NCBI GenBank assembly: GCA_937996535.1
Contig: CALKVF010000077.1
Coordinates: 1,352 to 65,351 of the forward strand
Length of the DNA: 64,000 nt
Reading direction: 5' to 3'
From: an uncultured Novosphingobium sp.
GTDB lineage: Bacteria; Pseudomonadota; Alphaproteobacteria; Sphingomonadales; Sphingomonadaceae
The notes beneath the pieces were generated by a model, which worked only from the letters and a program-made list of their open reading frames with translations, made no database searches and was not told where the DNA came from. Within the stretch, counting starts at the first letter, position 1. The number at the start of each line of letters is the position of its first letter. Shown here one piece after another: positions 44,874 through 54,577 of the stretch. A program made the position numbers and the translations under genes.

Positions 44874-46364
44874 ATGGAAAAACTGCGGCAGGGCCGGGCT
44901 GGCCTGTTCAATATCAGCTTCGGCTTTTTCGGCATCCAGATCGGGTTTGCGCTGCAAAACGCCAACATGAGCCGGGTGTTCCAATCGCTCGGATCGAGCC
45001 TTGATGACCTCTCCGCGCTGTGGGTCGCGGCCCCGCTGACCGGGCTGCTGGTGCAGCCGGTGATCGGCCACCTGTCAGACCGCACCTGGCTTGGCCGGCT
45101 CGGGCGGCGGCGGCCCTATTTCCTGGCGGGCGCGCTGCTCGCCGCGCTGTCGCTGCTGGCCATGCCGGCCAGTTCGGCGCTGCTCTCGGCCGCGCTGCTG
45201 CTGTGGATGCTCGACGCCAGCCTCAACGTCTCGATGGAGCCGTTTCGCGCCTTCGTCGGCGATATGCTGCGCAAGGACCAGCACACCGCGGGCTATGCCG
45301 TGCAGACCGCCTTCATCGGCGCGGGCGCGGTGGTCGGCTCGCTGTTCCCCTATCTCCTCAGCCACTGGAACGTCTCGAACGAGGCGGTCGCCGGCGGCAT
45401 TCCCGATACCGTGCGCTATTCGTTCTGGGCGGGCGGCGCCGCGCTGTTTGCCGCGGTGCTGTGGACCGTGCTGACCACCCGCGAATATTCGCCCGAGGAA
45501 CTGCGCGCCTTTGGCGAAGCGGACGAGGCCGAGGCTGCCCCGGCAGTGTCCCTTGCCGCCCGCTCCAGCGCCGGGCCGTTCTGGTGGATCGTCGCGGGCA
45601 TTGCGCTCGGCTTTGCCACCGAAACGCTCGGCCTGAAGAAGGAAGTGTTCCTGCTGGCCGCGCTGCTGGTTGGCTATGGTCTGCTCAGCCACATCGCGAT
45701 CCGCATGGCCCGCGCGGGCCGCAGCGCCAACATGCTGACCCATATCGTCGGCGATTTTTCCGGTATGCCCGACATCATGAAGCGGCTGGCGCTGGTCCAG
45801 TTCTTCAGCTGGTCGGCCCTGTTCATCATGTGGATCCACACCACCCCGGTGGTCGCGCAGAACTTCTTCGGCTCGGCCGATCCGGCCAGCGCCGCCTATC
45901 AGGAGGGCGGTAACTGGGTGGGCGTGCTGTTCTCGGTCTACAACGGGGTGGCGGCGATCGCCGCGCTGGCGATCCTGCCCGCGCTGTCACGCCGGATCGG
46001 CAAGGCGCGCACCCATGTCGCCTGCCTTCTGGCAGGCGCGCTGGGCTACGCCAGCTTCTTCCTGTTCAAGGATCCGCAGCACCTGATCGTGGCCGAACTC
46101 GGCATCGGCCTCGCCTGGGCCTCGATCCTCGCCATGCCTTATGCGATCCTTGCAAGCAGCCTGCCGCAAAACAAGCTGGGCATCTACATGGGGCTGTTCA
46201 ACGTCTTCGTGGTGGTGCCGCAGCTGCTGGTCGCAACGGTGATGGGCTCGATCATGAAGGCGTTCTTCCCGACCGAGCCGATCTGGACCATGGCCTTTGC
46301 CGCGGGAACCCTGGTGCTCGCCGCGCTGGCGATGCTCAGGGTCAAGGTTCCCGGCGAGGCTTGA
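44874..46364 (+). CDS. MFS maltose/alpha-glucoside transporter
   Basis: NISFGFFGIQIGFALQNANMSR, QPVIGHLSDRTW..LGRRRPY, LDASLNVSMEPFRA, GIYMGLFN. Confidence 0.9.
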   Translation: MEKLRQGRAGLFNISFGFFGIQIGFALQNANMSRVFQSLGSSLDDLSALWVAAPLTGLLVQPVIGHLSDRTWLGRLGRRRPYFLAGALLAALSLLAMPASSALLSAALLLWMLDASLNVSMEPFRAFVGDMLRKDQHTAGYAVQTAFIGAGAVVGSLFPYLLSHWNVSNEAVAGGIPDTVRYSFWAGGAALFAAVLWTVLTTREYSPEELRAFGEADEAEAAPAVSLAARSSAGPFWWIVAGIALGFATETLGLKKEVFLLAALLVGYGLLSHIAIRMARAGRSANMLTHIVGDFSGMPDIMKRLALVQFFSWSALFIMWIHTTPVVAQNFFGSADPASAAYQEGGNWVGVLFSVYNGVAAIAALAILPALSRRIGKARTHVACLLAGALGYASFFLFKDPQHLIVAELGIGLAWASILAMPYAILASSLPQNKLGIYMGLFNVFVVVPQLLVATVMGSIMKAFFPTEPIWTMAFAAGTLVLAALAMLRVKVPGEA

Positions 46365-46371
46365 GCCCTGT

Positions 46372-47607
46372 TTAGGCCGCCGCGCGCTGTTCCATCCAGC
46401 GGCGATAGACCTTGGCGCTGCGCGCCGCGCCCACCTGCGCCACGATCAGCGCCCACAGCGGCGACACCCCCGGCACGGTGCGGCGCCGGCGGCTGAGCCG
46501 GACCAGCTGATATTTGACCGCCGCCATGTGCGCGACCGAGGCCACCGCCTTGTTCTTCCATGTGATCGGCTTCAGCGCCGGGGCGCGATCGTGGCCCAGC
46601 CGCCAGCTGCGCACCAGATCGGGCTCGATCGCGAGCGCGGTGGCAATCCCCGCCATCGCAACTCCGCTATCCACCACCTGCTCGGCCACGGCCCGGCGGC
46701 GGATCCCGCCGGTGACCATCAGCGGCATCGTCGCAACCGCGGCAATGTCATGCGCAAATTCGAGGAAATAGGCCTCACGTGCAAGGGTCCGCTCGTCGCG
46801 CGCCTCGCCCATCATCGCGGGGGCTTCGTAGCTCCCGCCCGACAGTTCGACCAGATCGACCCCCAGCGGCGCGAGCATTGCCACCACCGCGCGGGCATCC
46901 TCGGGCGAGAAGCCGCCGCGCTGGAAATCGGCCGAATTGAGCTTGACCGAAACCGCAAAGCCCGGCGCCACCGCCGCCCGGATCCCGCGCACGACATCAA
47001 GCAGCAGCCGCGCCCGGTTTTCGAGGCTCCCGCCCCACTGGTCCTGCCGCTTGTTCGACAGCGGCGAAAGGAATTGGCTGAGCAAATAGCCATGCGCGGC
47101 GTGGATCTGCACCCCGGTGAACCCGGCCTGTTCGGCGAGCTTGGCCGTGGTCACGAAGCGATCGGCGATCTCGGCGATTTCGTCCGCGGTCAGTTCGCGC
47201 GGCATCGGGAACTGCTTGGACTGCGCGCCAAGATCAAGCGCGATGGCCGAAGGCGCGACCGTTTCCTGCCCCAGCCCGGCGGGCATCTGGCGACCGGGAT
47301 GGTTGATCTGCATCCACACCTGCGCGCCCTTGCAGCGCGAGGCATCGGCCCAGGCCCGGAAGCGGTCCAGATGGCGGTCATCCTCGAGCAAGACCCCGCC
47401 CGGCCCGGTCATCGCGCGGGCATCGATCATGACGTTGCCGGTAATGATCAGCCCGACCTCGCCCTCGGCCCAGGCCGAATAGATTTGCAGCAGCTCGGCC
47501 GAGGGCGCGTGATCGGCATCGGCCAGGTTCTCTTCCATCGCGGCCTTGCCGATGCGGTTGGGAATGCTTGCGCCATTGGGCAGGACCAGCGGGGAAAACA
47601 GCGACAT
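46372..47607 (-). CDS. NADH:flavin oxidoreductase (old yellow enzyme family)
   Basis: PNRIGKAAMEE, QINHPGRQ, GVQIHAAHGYLLSQFLSPLSNKRQDQWGGSLENRAR, KLNSADFQRGG. Confidence 0.93.
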   Translation of the reverse strand: MSLFSPLVLPNGASIPNRIGKAAMEENLADADHAPSAELLQIYSAWAEGEVGLIITGNVMIDARAMTGPGGVLLEDDRHLDRFRAWADASRCKGAQVWMQINHPGRQMPAGLGQETVAPSAIALDLGAQSKQFPMPRELTADEIAEIADRFVTTAKLAEQAGFTGVQIHAAHGYLLSQFLSPLSNKRQDQWGGSLENRARLLLDVVRGIRAAVAPGFAVSVKLNSADFQRGGFSPEDARAVVAMLAPLGVDLVELSGGSYEAPAMMGEARDERTLAREAYFLEFAHDIAAVATMPLMVTGGIRRRAVAEQVVDSGVAMAGIATALAIEPDLVRSWRLGHDRAPALKPITWKNKAVASVAHMAAVKYQLVRLSRRRRTVPGVSPLWALIVAQVGAARSAKVYRRWMEQRAAA

Positions 47608-47637
47608 CACACAATCTCCGGAATCAGATTTTGACGC

Positions 47638-47668
47638 AGCTTAACCTTTAAGTTAAGTTTAAGGTCAA
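47638..47668 (-). promoter_or_regulatory. MerR-type promoter: TTGACC-19 bp-TAAGCT with dyad ACCTT..AAGGT
   Basis: Elongated 19-bp spacer and overlapping 22-bp dyad, the hallmark of MerR-activated promoters; divergent MerR gene. Confidence 0.85.
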
Positions 47669-47692
47669 GCCCGAATGTGAAAGACTGCTTCG

Positions 47693-48118
47693 ATGAAGAT
47701 CGGCGAACTGGCCAAGCGCAGCAGCATCGCCCCCTCGCGCATCCGTTTCTACGAAAGCATCGGCCTGCTTCAGGTCGAGCGGCGGGCCAATGGCTATCGC
47801 ACCTACCCGGCTGAAACCGCAGTCGTGCTCGAACTGATCGCGGCGGCCCAGCAGGCAGGCTTCAGCCTTGAGGAAATCCGCAGCCTGCTGCCCGGCAATC
47901 TCGGCCAATGGCAGCACGATGCGCTGCTGACCGCGCTCACCGCCAAGGTGGCCGACATCGAAAAGCTGCAGGCCCGGCTGGCGCAAACCAAGGCGCACCT
48001 GCTGGCCCTGATTTCCGACATCGAGGCCCGGCCCGAGGAAATCGACTGCGCTGCCAATGCCGAGCGCGTCCTGTCGCGGGTGCGCGGCCGGGCGGGCGGC
48101 CGCGACCAGCCCGCTTAA
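47693..48118 (+). CDS. MerR family regulator
   Basis: MKIGELAKRSSIAPSRIRFYESIGLL..RRANGYRTY, AQQAGFSLEEI. Confidence 0.93.
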   Translation: MKIGELAKRSSIAPSRIRFYESIGLLQVERRANGYRTYPAETAVVLELIAAAQQAGFSLEEIRSLLPGNLGQWQHDALLTALTAKVADIEKLQARLAQTKAHLLALISDIEARPEEIDCAANAERVLSRVRGRAGGRDQPA

Positions 48119-48966
48119 GGCTGCGCCGACGCTACCGGCGCGGCGCCCGGCACCTTGCGGGCGATGTCGGTGTTTTCGGGGAACACCGGCCAGAGCAGTT
48201 GCTGGCCGAGCGTGGCTTCTGGCAGATCCTCCACCCCGTAGCTGACCGGATAGGTCCGGGTGATCCGCGCCGTGCCGAACAGCACGTCCCAAATGAACAT
48301 CAGGTTCCCGTAGTTGCCCTTGTAATGCACCGCCGGATCGCTGGCATGGCGGCCGTGGTGGGCATGATGGGTCGCCGGGGTCGAGATCAGACGCTCCACC
48401 ACCCACATCAGCGGCGCGAGGAAGCCGATGCGATACAGCGGCTCGTCCCATTTGACGTCGCTGTGCGCGCTGATGATGACCAGCATCTTGACCACCAGAT
48501 AGCCGGCATAGACCCAGCCCAGTCCCAGATAGACCAGCGTGGCCGCCAGCCAGATGCTGGGCATCAGCGCATAGTAGATGATGTTGTTACGATAGACGAG
48601 CCGCACGCTCATGTAGCGGCCGTTATGGTGTGCGCGGTGGAGGTTGTAGAGCCACGCAAAGCTGTGCGAGGCGCGGTGCCACCAGTATTGCATCATGTCT
48701 TCCAGCACCAGGAACAGCGGGATCGCCGCCCACAGGCTGAGCTGGCCGAGCGCGCCGCGATAGGCCGGAAAATAGTGCTGCCCCAGCCGATCGACGGCCA
48801 CCAGGATCAGCGGCTGGGTAACCAGCAGAACCATCACGGTCGAAACCACTTCGATGATCCCGTCGTGGCGGCACTGCTCGCGCTTGGAGAACAGGTCGGA
48901 TCGCGCGAGTTCGAGCAATCCGAACCCCAGATAGATTGCGATCACCGCCCAATTGGCAAGTGGCAT
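48115..48966 (-). CDS. Sterol desaturase/fatty-acid hydroxylase family membrane di-iron protein
   Basis: His boxes YWWHRASH, LHRAHH, SAHSD, THHAHH and GNYG. Confidence 0.9.
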   Translation of the reverse strand: MPLANWAVIAIYLGFGLLELARSDLFSKREQCRHDGIIEVVSTVMVLLVTQPLILVAVDRLGQHYFPAYRGALGQLSLWAAIPLFLVLEDMMQYWWHRASHSFAWLYNLHRAHHNGRYMSVRLVYRNNIIYYALMPSIWLAATLVYLGLGWVYAGYLVVKMLVIISAHSDVKWDEPLYRIGFLAPLMWVVERLISTPATHHAHHGRHASDPAVHYKGNYGNLMFIWDVLFGTARITRTYPVSYGVEDLPEATLGQQLLWPVFPENTDIARKVPGAAPVASAQP

Positions 48967-49054
48967 GGCCTTCTTCCCCCTGTGTCACACCGGTGCAGGT
49001 CAGCCGCCGCATTCCAGTTGCAAATCACCCCATAGCGCGGCATCCCCGGCATGA

Positions 49055-49720
49055 ATGCAAAGAACTTATCAATTATCCGAAATGGCCCCGACCCGTGCCG
49101 ACGGGTCGATTGCGCAGTTACTGTCCGAGACCGGGCGACGGCAACGCTTTGCCCCCGGCGCGATGATCCAGCAGCAAGGCGATAGCGGCGACGGGTTCTG
49201 GCTGATCGAAACCGGCAGCGTCACGATCTGCCGTTTTGGCCGCGAGGGCGAATTGACGGTCTATGCCGTGCTCGGCGCCGGGGTGCTGTTCGGCGAACTC
49301 GCCTATTTCGCCGGGGTTGCCCGTCAGGTCGATGCCGTGGCCGAAAGCGAGGCCACGCTGGTGCGGATCGAGCCGGCGCAGATCGATCACTTGCTCGACA
49401 GCCGGCCCGACTTTGCCCGCTGGCTGCTGCGCTCGCTCGCCGGGCAGCTACGCGCCGCGCTCAACCGGATCGAGGGCGACCGCCACCTTTCCGCCGAAGA
49501 ACGCCTCGCCCGGGCGCTCGCCGCGCTGGCGGGCAGCCAGGGCAGCGAATTCGCTACCACCCAGCAGCACCTTGCCGACCTGATCGGTGTGTCACGGATC
49601 ACGGCGGGGCAAGTCCTCGCCAAGCTCGAAGCTGATGGCCTCATCAAACGCAGCTACCGGCGGATCACGGTGCTCGACCGGGCGGCGCTCACTCACCGGG
49701 GCGGCGGGACAGCGGGTTAA
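49055..49720 (+). CDS. Crp/Fnr family regulator
   Basis: cNMP-type domain (QQGD, LFGELAYF) plus HTH TQQHLADLIGVSRITAG; start 49055 or 49082. Confidence 0.88.
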   Translation: MQRTYQLSEMAPTRADGSIAQLLSETGRRQRFAPGAMIQQQGDSGDGFWLIETGSVTICRFGREGELTVYAVLGAGVLFGELAYFAGVARQVDAVAESEATLVRIEPAQIDHLLDSRPDFARWLLRSLAGQLRAALNRIEGDRHLSAEERLARALAALAGSQGSEFATTQQHLADLIGVSRITAGQVLAKLEADGLIKRSYRRITVLDRAALTHRGGGTAG

Positions 49721-49727
49721 CGCTGGC

Positions 49728-51821
49728 TCAGTGGCCGCCGAGCGCGGTGAGCAGGGGCGCCAGATTATCCGCATGGGCGCGCCAGCGCCCGGCCGAGGTC
49801 TTGTAGACCGGCTGGCGCACCTGATTGACGCTGGCGGTGCGGACCGGACGCTTGGTTTCGTGGAAGGCAAGGCAGGCCGGATCCCAGGGCAAGCCGAGGA
49901 AATCGAGCATCCGCCGCGCCTGGGTTTCGATATCGCCGATCACGTCTTCGTAATCGACCTCAAGCAGGTGCGAGGCGGGAACCACATCGCGCCAATGGGC
50001 CATCAGCGCCTGATAATCGCGGTGGAAGCGGCCAAGCTCGGCCATGTCGTAGGTGAACGACTGTTCCCCCCCGAACAGCTTGGAATAGCATGACAGGCAG
50101 GTATCGACCGGATCGCGCCGGGCGTGGATGATCCGGGCCTTGGGCAGGATCATCCGGATCAGCCCGACATACATGAAGTTGGCGGGCATCTTGTCCACCA
50201 CGTGCGGCTTGTCGCTGGCAATGGCCGCCACGGCGGAAAGGTAGGCATCGCCCATTTCGCGCAGCCGGTCGGCTGTCATGCCGACCAGCGCATCCGGCAT
50301 TCCGCCATTTTGATCGGCCAGCCGGCTGAGGAACTTCAGCTCGCCCGCCCCGTCGATCGCGGGATGCGAGGCAAGGATCTGCTCGATCAGCGTGGTCCCC
50401 GATCGCGGCATCCCGACAATGAAGATCGGTGACGACGAGGGCGCACCCGCCCCGGCAAACTGTTCGAGCAATGCGGGCGAAAACGCCTCTGCCAGCCGCC
50501 CGAGCCAGCGGCTGACCGCATCGGGATCATACTGAATGGTCGAACGCTTCATCGCGTTGCCTTCGTTCAGGTGGCGGAACGCGGCATCGGAATCGCCGGT
50601 ATCGAGGAAGGCCTTGCCCAGCGCGAAATGCAGGCTCATCCGATCGGAGAACGACTGCACCCCGCCCGGCCCCGTCAGGTCCTGCATCTTGGCGATCGCG
50701 GGATCGCCCGCCTTGAACTTCACGATGTCCGCGCGGCCATGGAGCGCCGCGGCCGAATCCGGAAATTCGGCCAGCACCGCATCCAATTGACGCAGCGCAT
50801 CGGCGCTATCGCCGTTCTCCTGAAACGCCATCGCCCGCCCCACCAGCAAGCGCTCGCGAATGGCGCTCGGCACGCTCAGCGCCAGATCGAAACAGGCAAT
50901 CGCTTCGTCAAACCGCCCCAGCGCCAGCAAGATCGAACCATAGGCGCTCTGGACCTCGGCATTGTCGGGGCGCAGCTTGGCCGCGCGCTGCGCATCGCCC
51001 AGCGCCTCGTCGAGCTGGTCCATTTCCTTGAGCGAACTCGCGCGCGACGCGAGCGCCACCGCATGGTCGGGCGCGATCCGGAGCAATGCGTTGAGCCAGC
51101 CGATCGCCGCGGCATGGCGCCAGCGCGCCGTCTCGGTCGCGGCAAGGTTGATATAGGCATCGTGCAAGCCGGGATTGAGCCGAATCGCGCGCTGCCCATA
51201 GTCCATCGACAGGTCATACTGGCCCTGTTCCTTGCACAGGCTGGCAAGGTTGGAATAGGGCTCGGCATAGTTGGGATTGAGCGCCAGCGCGCGCTGCCAG
51301 TGTTGCTGCGCGCCCGCGATATTGCCCAGCCGCTTGCAGGTGTTGCCCAGGTTGTTGTGCGCGCTGGGATTGCGCGGATCGAGCGCGACCACCTTTTCGA
51401 GGCAGATCAGGCTTTCATCCAGCTGGCCGCTTTCCTGCAGGATGATCCCCAGGTTGTTCCAGGCGCCGATCATTTGCGGGTCCAGTGCAACCGCCTTGCA
51501 GCCGTGCACCTCAGCCTCGGCCAGCCCGCCCTGCCGGCGCAGCATTTCAGCCAGATTGCTGTGATAGAGCGCCGCTGCCGCCGGTGATTGGCAGGCCTGA
51601 CGCAGCAGCGCCACCGCCCGCACCTGATCGCCCATGGCATGAGCCATGAGCCCGAGCATGTGCAAGGCATTGGGTTCGCCCGGAACATTCGCCAGGATCT
51701 GCCGGCAGATCGCTTCGGCCTGCTGCGCGTTGCCGGCGTTGAGATGGGCTTGGGCCTGCTCCAGTCCCTGCCGGACCGCCTGGATGGTCTGCGGGGAAAG
51801 AGGGGCGCTATTCGTGTTCAT
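49728..51821 (-). CDS. TPR-repeat-containing PAPS-dependent sulfotransferase
   Basis: About 440 aa of TPRs (AWNNLGIIL, AHNNLGNTC, PYSNLASL); 5'-PSB loop PIFIVGMPRSGTTL, VDKMPANF, 3'-PB motif IIHARRDPVDTCLS, TASVNQVRQP. Confidence 0.93.
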   Translation of the reverse strand: MNTNSAPLSPQTIQAVRQGLEQAQAHLNAGNAQQAEAICRQILANVPGEPNALHMLGLMAHAMGDQVRAVALLRQACQSPAAAALYHSNLAEMLRRQGGLAEAEVHGCKAVALDPQMIGAWNNLGIILQESGQLDESLICLEKVVALDPRNPSAHNNLGNTCKRLGNIAGAQQHWQRALALNPNYAEPYSNLASLCKEQGQYDLSMDYGQRAIRLNPGLHDAYINLAATETARWRHAAAIGWLNALLRIAPDHAVALASRASSLKEMDQLDEALGDAQRAAKLRPDNAEVQSAYGSILLALGRFDEAIACFDLALSVPSAIRERLLVGRAMAFQENGDSADALRQLDAVLAEFPDSAAALHGRADIVKFKAGDPAIAKMQDLTGPGGVQSFSDRMSLHFALGKAFLDTGDSDAAFRHLNEGNAMKRSTIQYDPDAVSRWLGRLAEAFSPALLEQFAGAGAPSSSPIFIVGMPRSGTTLIEQILASHPAIDGAGELKFLSRLADQNGGMPDALVGMTADRLREMGDAYLSAVAAIASDKPHVVDKMPANFMYVGLIRMILPKARIIHARRDPVDTCLSCYSKLFGGEQSFTYDMAELGRFHRDYQALMAHWRDVVPASHLLEVDYEDVIGDIETQARRMLDFLGLPWDPACLAFHETKRPVRTASVNQVRQPVYKTSAGRWRAHADNLAPLLTALGGH

Positions 51822-51906
51822 GACCAGAGGCTGCTTTTCAAACGGAACGGTTCTCTAGAACAAGCCGGCGCGCGATCAAAGCGCGCGTCCCTTGCCCGAA
51901 ACGATA

Positions 51907-51948
51907 ATGCGCCCCCTTCCCCATCCTCAGATGCGAAAGGGGGCGCAT
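51907..51948 (-). terminator. Hairpin after the autotransporter gene (weak U-tract)
   Basis: ATGCGCCCCCTT/AAGGGGGCGCAT stem with inner CATC/GATG; followed by UAUCGUUUC on the minus strand. Confidence 0.6.
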
Positions 51949-54013
51949 ATCCAGCACCATTGGCGTGCGGTCAGAACCCGAACTGCAGGCCCGCGGTGAC
52001 GTTGGCCACGGTCATGCTGCTGTAGGCTTCGCTGCGGAAGTTTGCCCCCAGGCTGATCTTCGCCGCCGGAGCGATCGCATAGGCCAGCTGCACTTCACCG
52101 CGTCCGCGCAGTTTGCGGGCCTCGGCCGTATTGGCCAGCGCGAAGATTTCGAGATCGGGAATATCGCTGGTCCCGGCAAAGCTGGTGGCCTTCGATTCCA
52201 GATCGTATTCGATCCCGCCGCCGATCTTGTAGCTCACCGAACCGCTCAGCGCGCCGCTCAGGCTCAGGCCGGCAAGGCCGGTGGTCTGGCGCTGGCTGTA
52301 GGCGGCGTAGCTGACCGGGAATTCAACCCCTTCGCGCAGCGTTTCGCTGTACCCGCGCCGGCCGGCATAGCCATAGCGCACCCCGATATAGGGCATCAGG
52401 CGGGCCTGCTGGGCAAGGTCAAAGGCGTAGCCCGCCTCACCGCCGATCGCCCAGGTCTTGAGCCGCGACGAGCCAGCGCCCGCTTCGGTGTCCTGCAAGG
52501 TCGCCAGGCGCGCAATCGCCACGTTTTCGGCATGGTAAACCCCGGACAGGCGCAGCTGGAGCCCCATCCCGTTGACCTTCTGGCCAAGACCGATGAACCC
52601 GCCGAACATCGGCTGTTCACCCGTCGAGGCAATCTGACCAAGCTGGTTCGACTGGTGCACCGTATAGTCGACGAAAGCGCCAACCCGGATCGTCGGCGTG
52701 ATGCGATAGGCGGCCGTGACCACCCCGGCGACTTCATCCTTCTGGCGCAGGCTGGAATAGCGCACGCTGGCCGACAGGCAGACGCCGCCCTGGCTGAAGC
52801 TGGTGCAATCATTGCCCAGCGCGCCAGCAACAGTGGCCGCCCGGTTGCGCAGCGCGATCAGCACCTGATCCCGGCTAAAGCCAAGCGCCCGCAGCGAATT
52901 GGCCGCATCCGGTCCCAGCCGGGCAATGATCAGATCCCAGTTGGTTCCCGACGTGTTGCTGAGCATCCAGCGGAAATTGCTGAACACGCCCTTCACCGTG
53001 CCATCGACCGCGGTCACCCCGGTCAGGACATTGGCATAGGTGCCCAGCGCAAGCGTCGAATCCGAGGTCAACGAGAACGAGGTCAGCGTGCGATCGGTGC
53101 CGGTATAGGCCAGCTGGCCATACTGCGCCGCCGAAATCACCTGTTCGACATAGTTCGTGGGCAGGCTGCCCGCGAAGGTCAGCGCAGCGCCCGCGCCGCC
53201 GCCCTGGGCGTTGATCAGCGTGCTGATCGTGCCGCTGTTGTAGATCCCCGCCGTGCCGCCACGGATGGTGCCGGTGTTGGTGAGCGTGGTGACCGTGCCC
53301 GCGGTGTTGTAAAGCCCATAGGCCGACCCGGTGATCGTGCCGCTGTTGCTGACCGAGGCGACCGTGCCCGAGGACTTGTTCCAGATGGCATAGGTGGTGC
53401 TCGATCCGCCCACCGTGCCGCTGTTGCTGAACGCAGTGATCGCGCCACTGTTGACGATGCCGTTGGCCGAACCGGTGATCGTGCCGCTGTTGGCCAGCGA
53501 TGCGATGCTGCCCGCGTTGGCAAGGCCGGCATCGACCCCGCGGATCGTGCCGCCGCTGGCATTGGTCAGGGTGCGGATCGTGCCCGAGGCCGCGTTCCAG
53601 ATACCATCGGTGGTGGCGGTGCCGCCAATCGTGCCGCTGTTGGTCAGCGTGGTGAACAGGCCGGAGTTGTAGATCCCGTCAAGCGCGCCATCGACGCTGC
53701 CGGTGTTGGTCAGGGTGGTGACCATCCCGGTATTGTTGATGCCCTTGCCGGCGCTGCTGGTGATCGCGCCGGCATTGGCCAGCGATGCCACGATGCCCGC
53801 ATTGGCGAGGCCCGCATCGACGCCGCGGATCGTGCCGCCGCTGACGTTGGTCAGGGTACGGATCGTGCCCGCCGCGGCGTTCGAGATGCCGGTGCTGGTC
53901 GAAATCCCGCCAATCGCGCTGTTGTTGGTCAGCGTGGTCACCGTGCCGCTATTGGCAAGGGCCGAAGCGGCGCCGGTGATCGTGCCGCCATTGGTCAGCG
54001 TGCCGATCGTGCC

Positions 54014-54577
54014 GAGATTGTCGATACCGTTGACCGATCCCGCAATCGCACCGCCGCTGGCGTTGGTCAGCACCGCGATATTGCCGGCAGCCTGGTTCCA
54101 GATGCCGTGCTGGCTGGTCTGGCCGCCGATCGTGCCGGTGTTGGTCAGCGCCGAGATCGTTGCCGCGTTGTCGACCGCCTTGCTCGCGCCGGTGATGGTC
54201 CCGGCATTGCCGAAGGTGGTGATCGTGCCGCTGTTGCTGAGGCCGATGGTGCCGCCAGCGATGCTGCCCGCGTTGCCGAGCGTGCCGATCGTGCCCAGAT
54301 TGTCGAGCCCGTTGACCGAGCCGGCAATCAAACCGCCGCTGGCGTTGGTCAGCGCCGCGATGTTGCCGGTCGCGCGGTTCCACAGACCATACTGGCTGCT
54401 CTGGCCGCCGATCGTGCCGGTGTTGGTCAGCGCCGAGATCGTCGCCGCGTTGTCGACCGCCTTGCTCGCGCCGGTGATGGTCCCGGCATTGCCGAAGGTG
54501 GTGATCGTGCCGCTGTTGCTGAGGCCGATGGTGCCGCCAGCGATGCTGCCCGCGTTGCCGAGCGTGCCGATCGTGCC
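54014..54577. repeat. Tandem 282-bp (94-aa) duplication inside the passenger domain
   Basis: 54119-54295 and 54401-54577 are near-identical (one mismatch seen). Confidence 0.85.

Noticed and set aside
47693-48118. SoxR assignment (operator resembles a SoxR box)
   Set aside because: Protein lacks the CIGCGCLS-type cluster motif, and the dyad is longer than the 18-bp SoxR box
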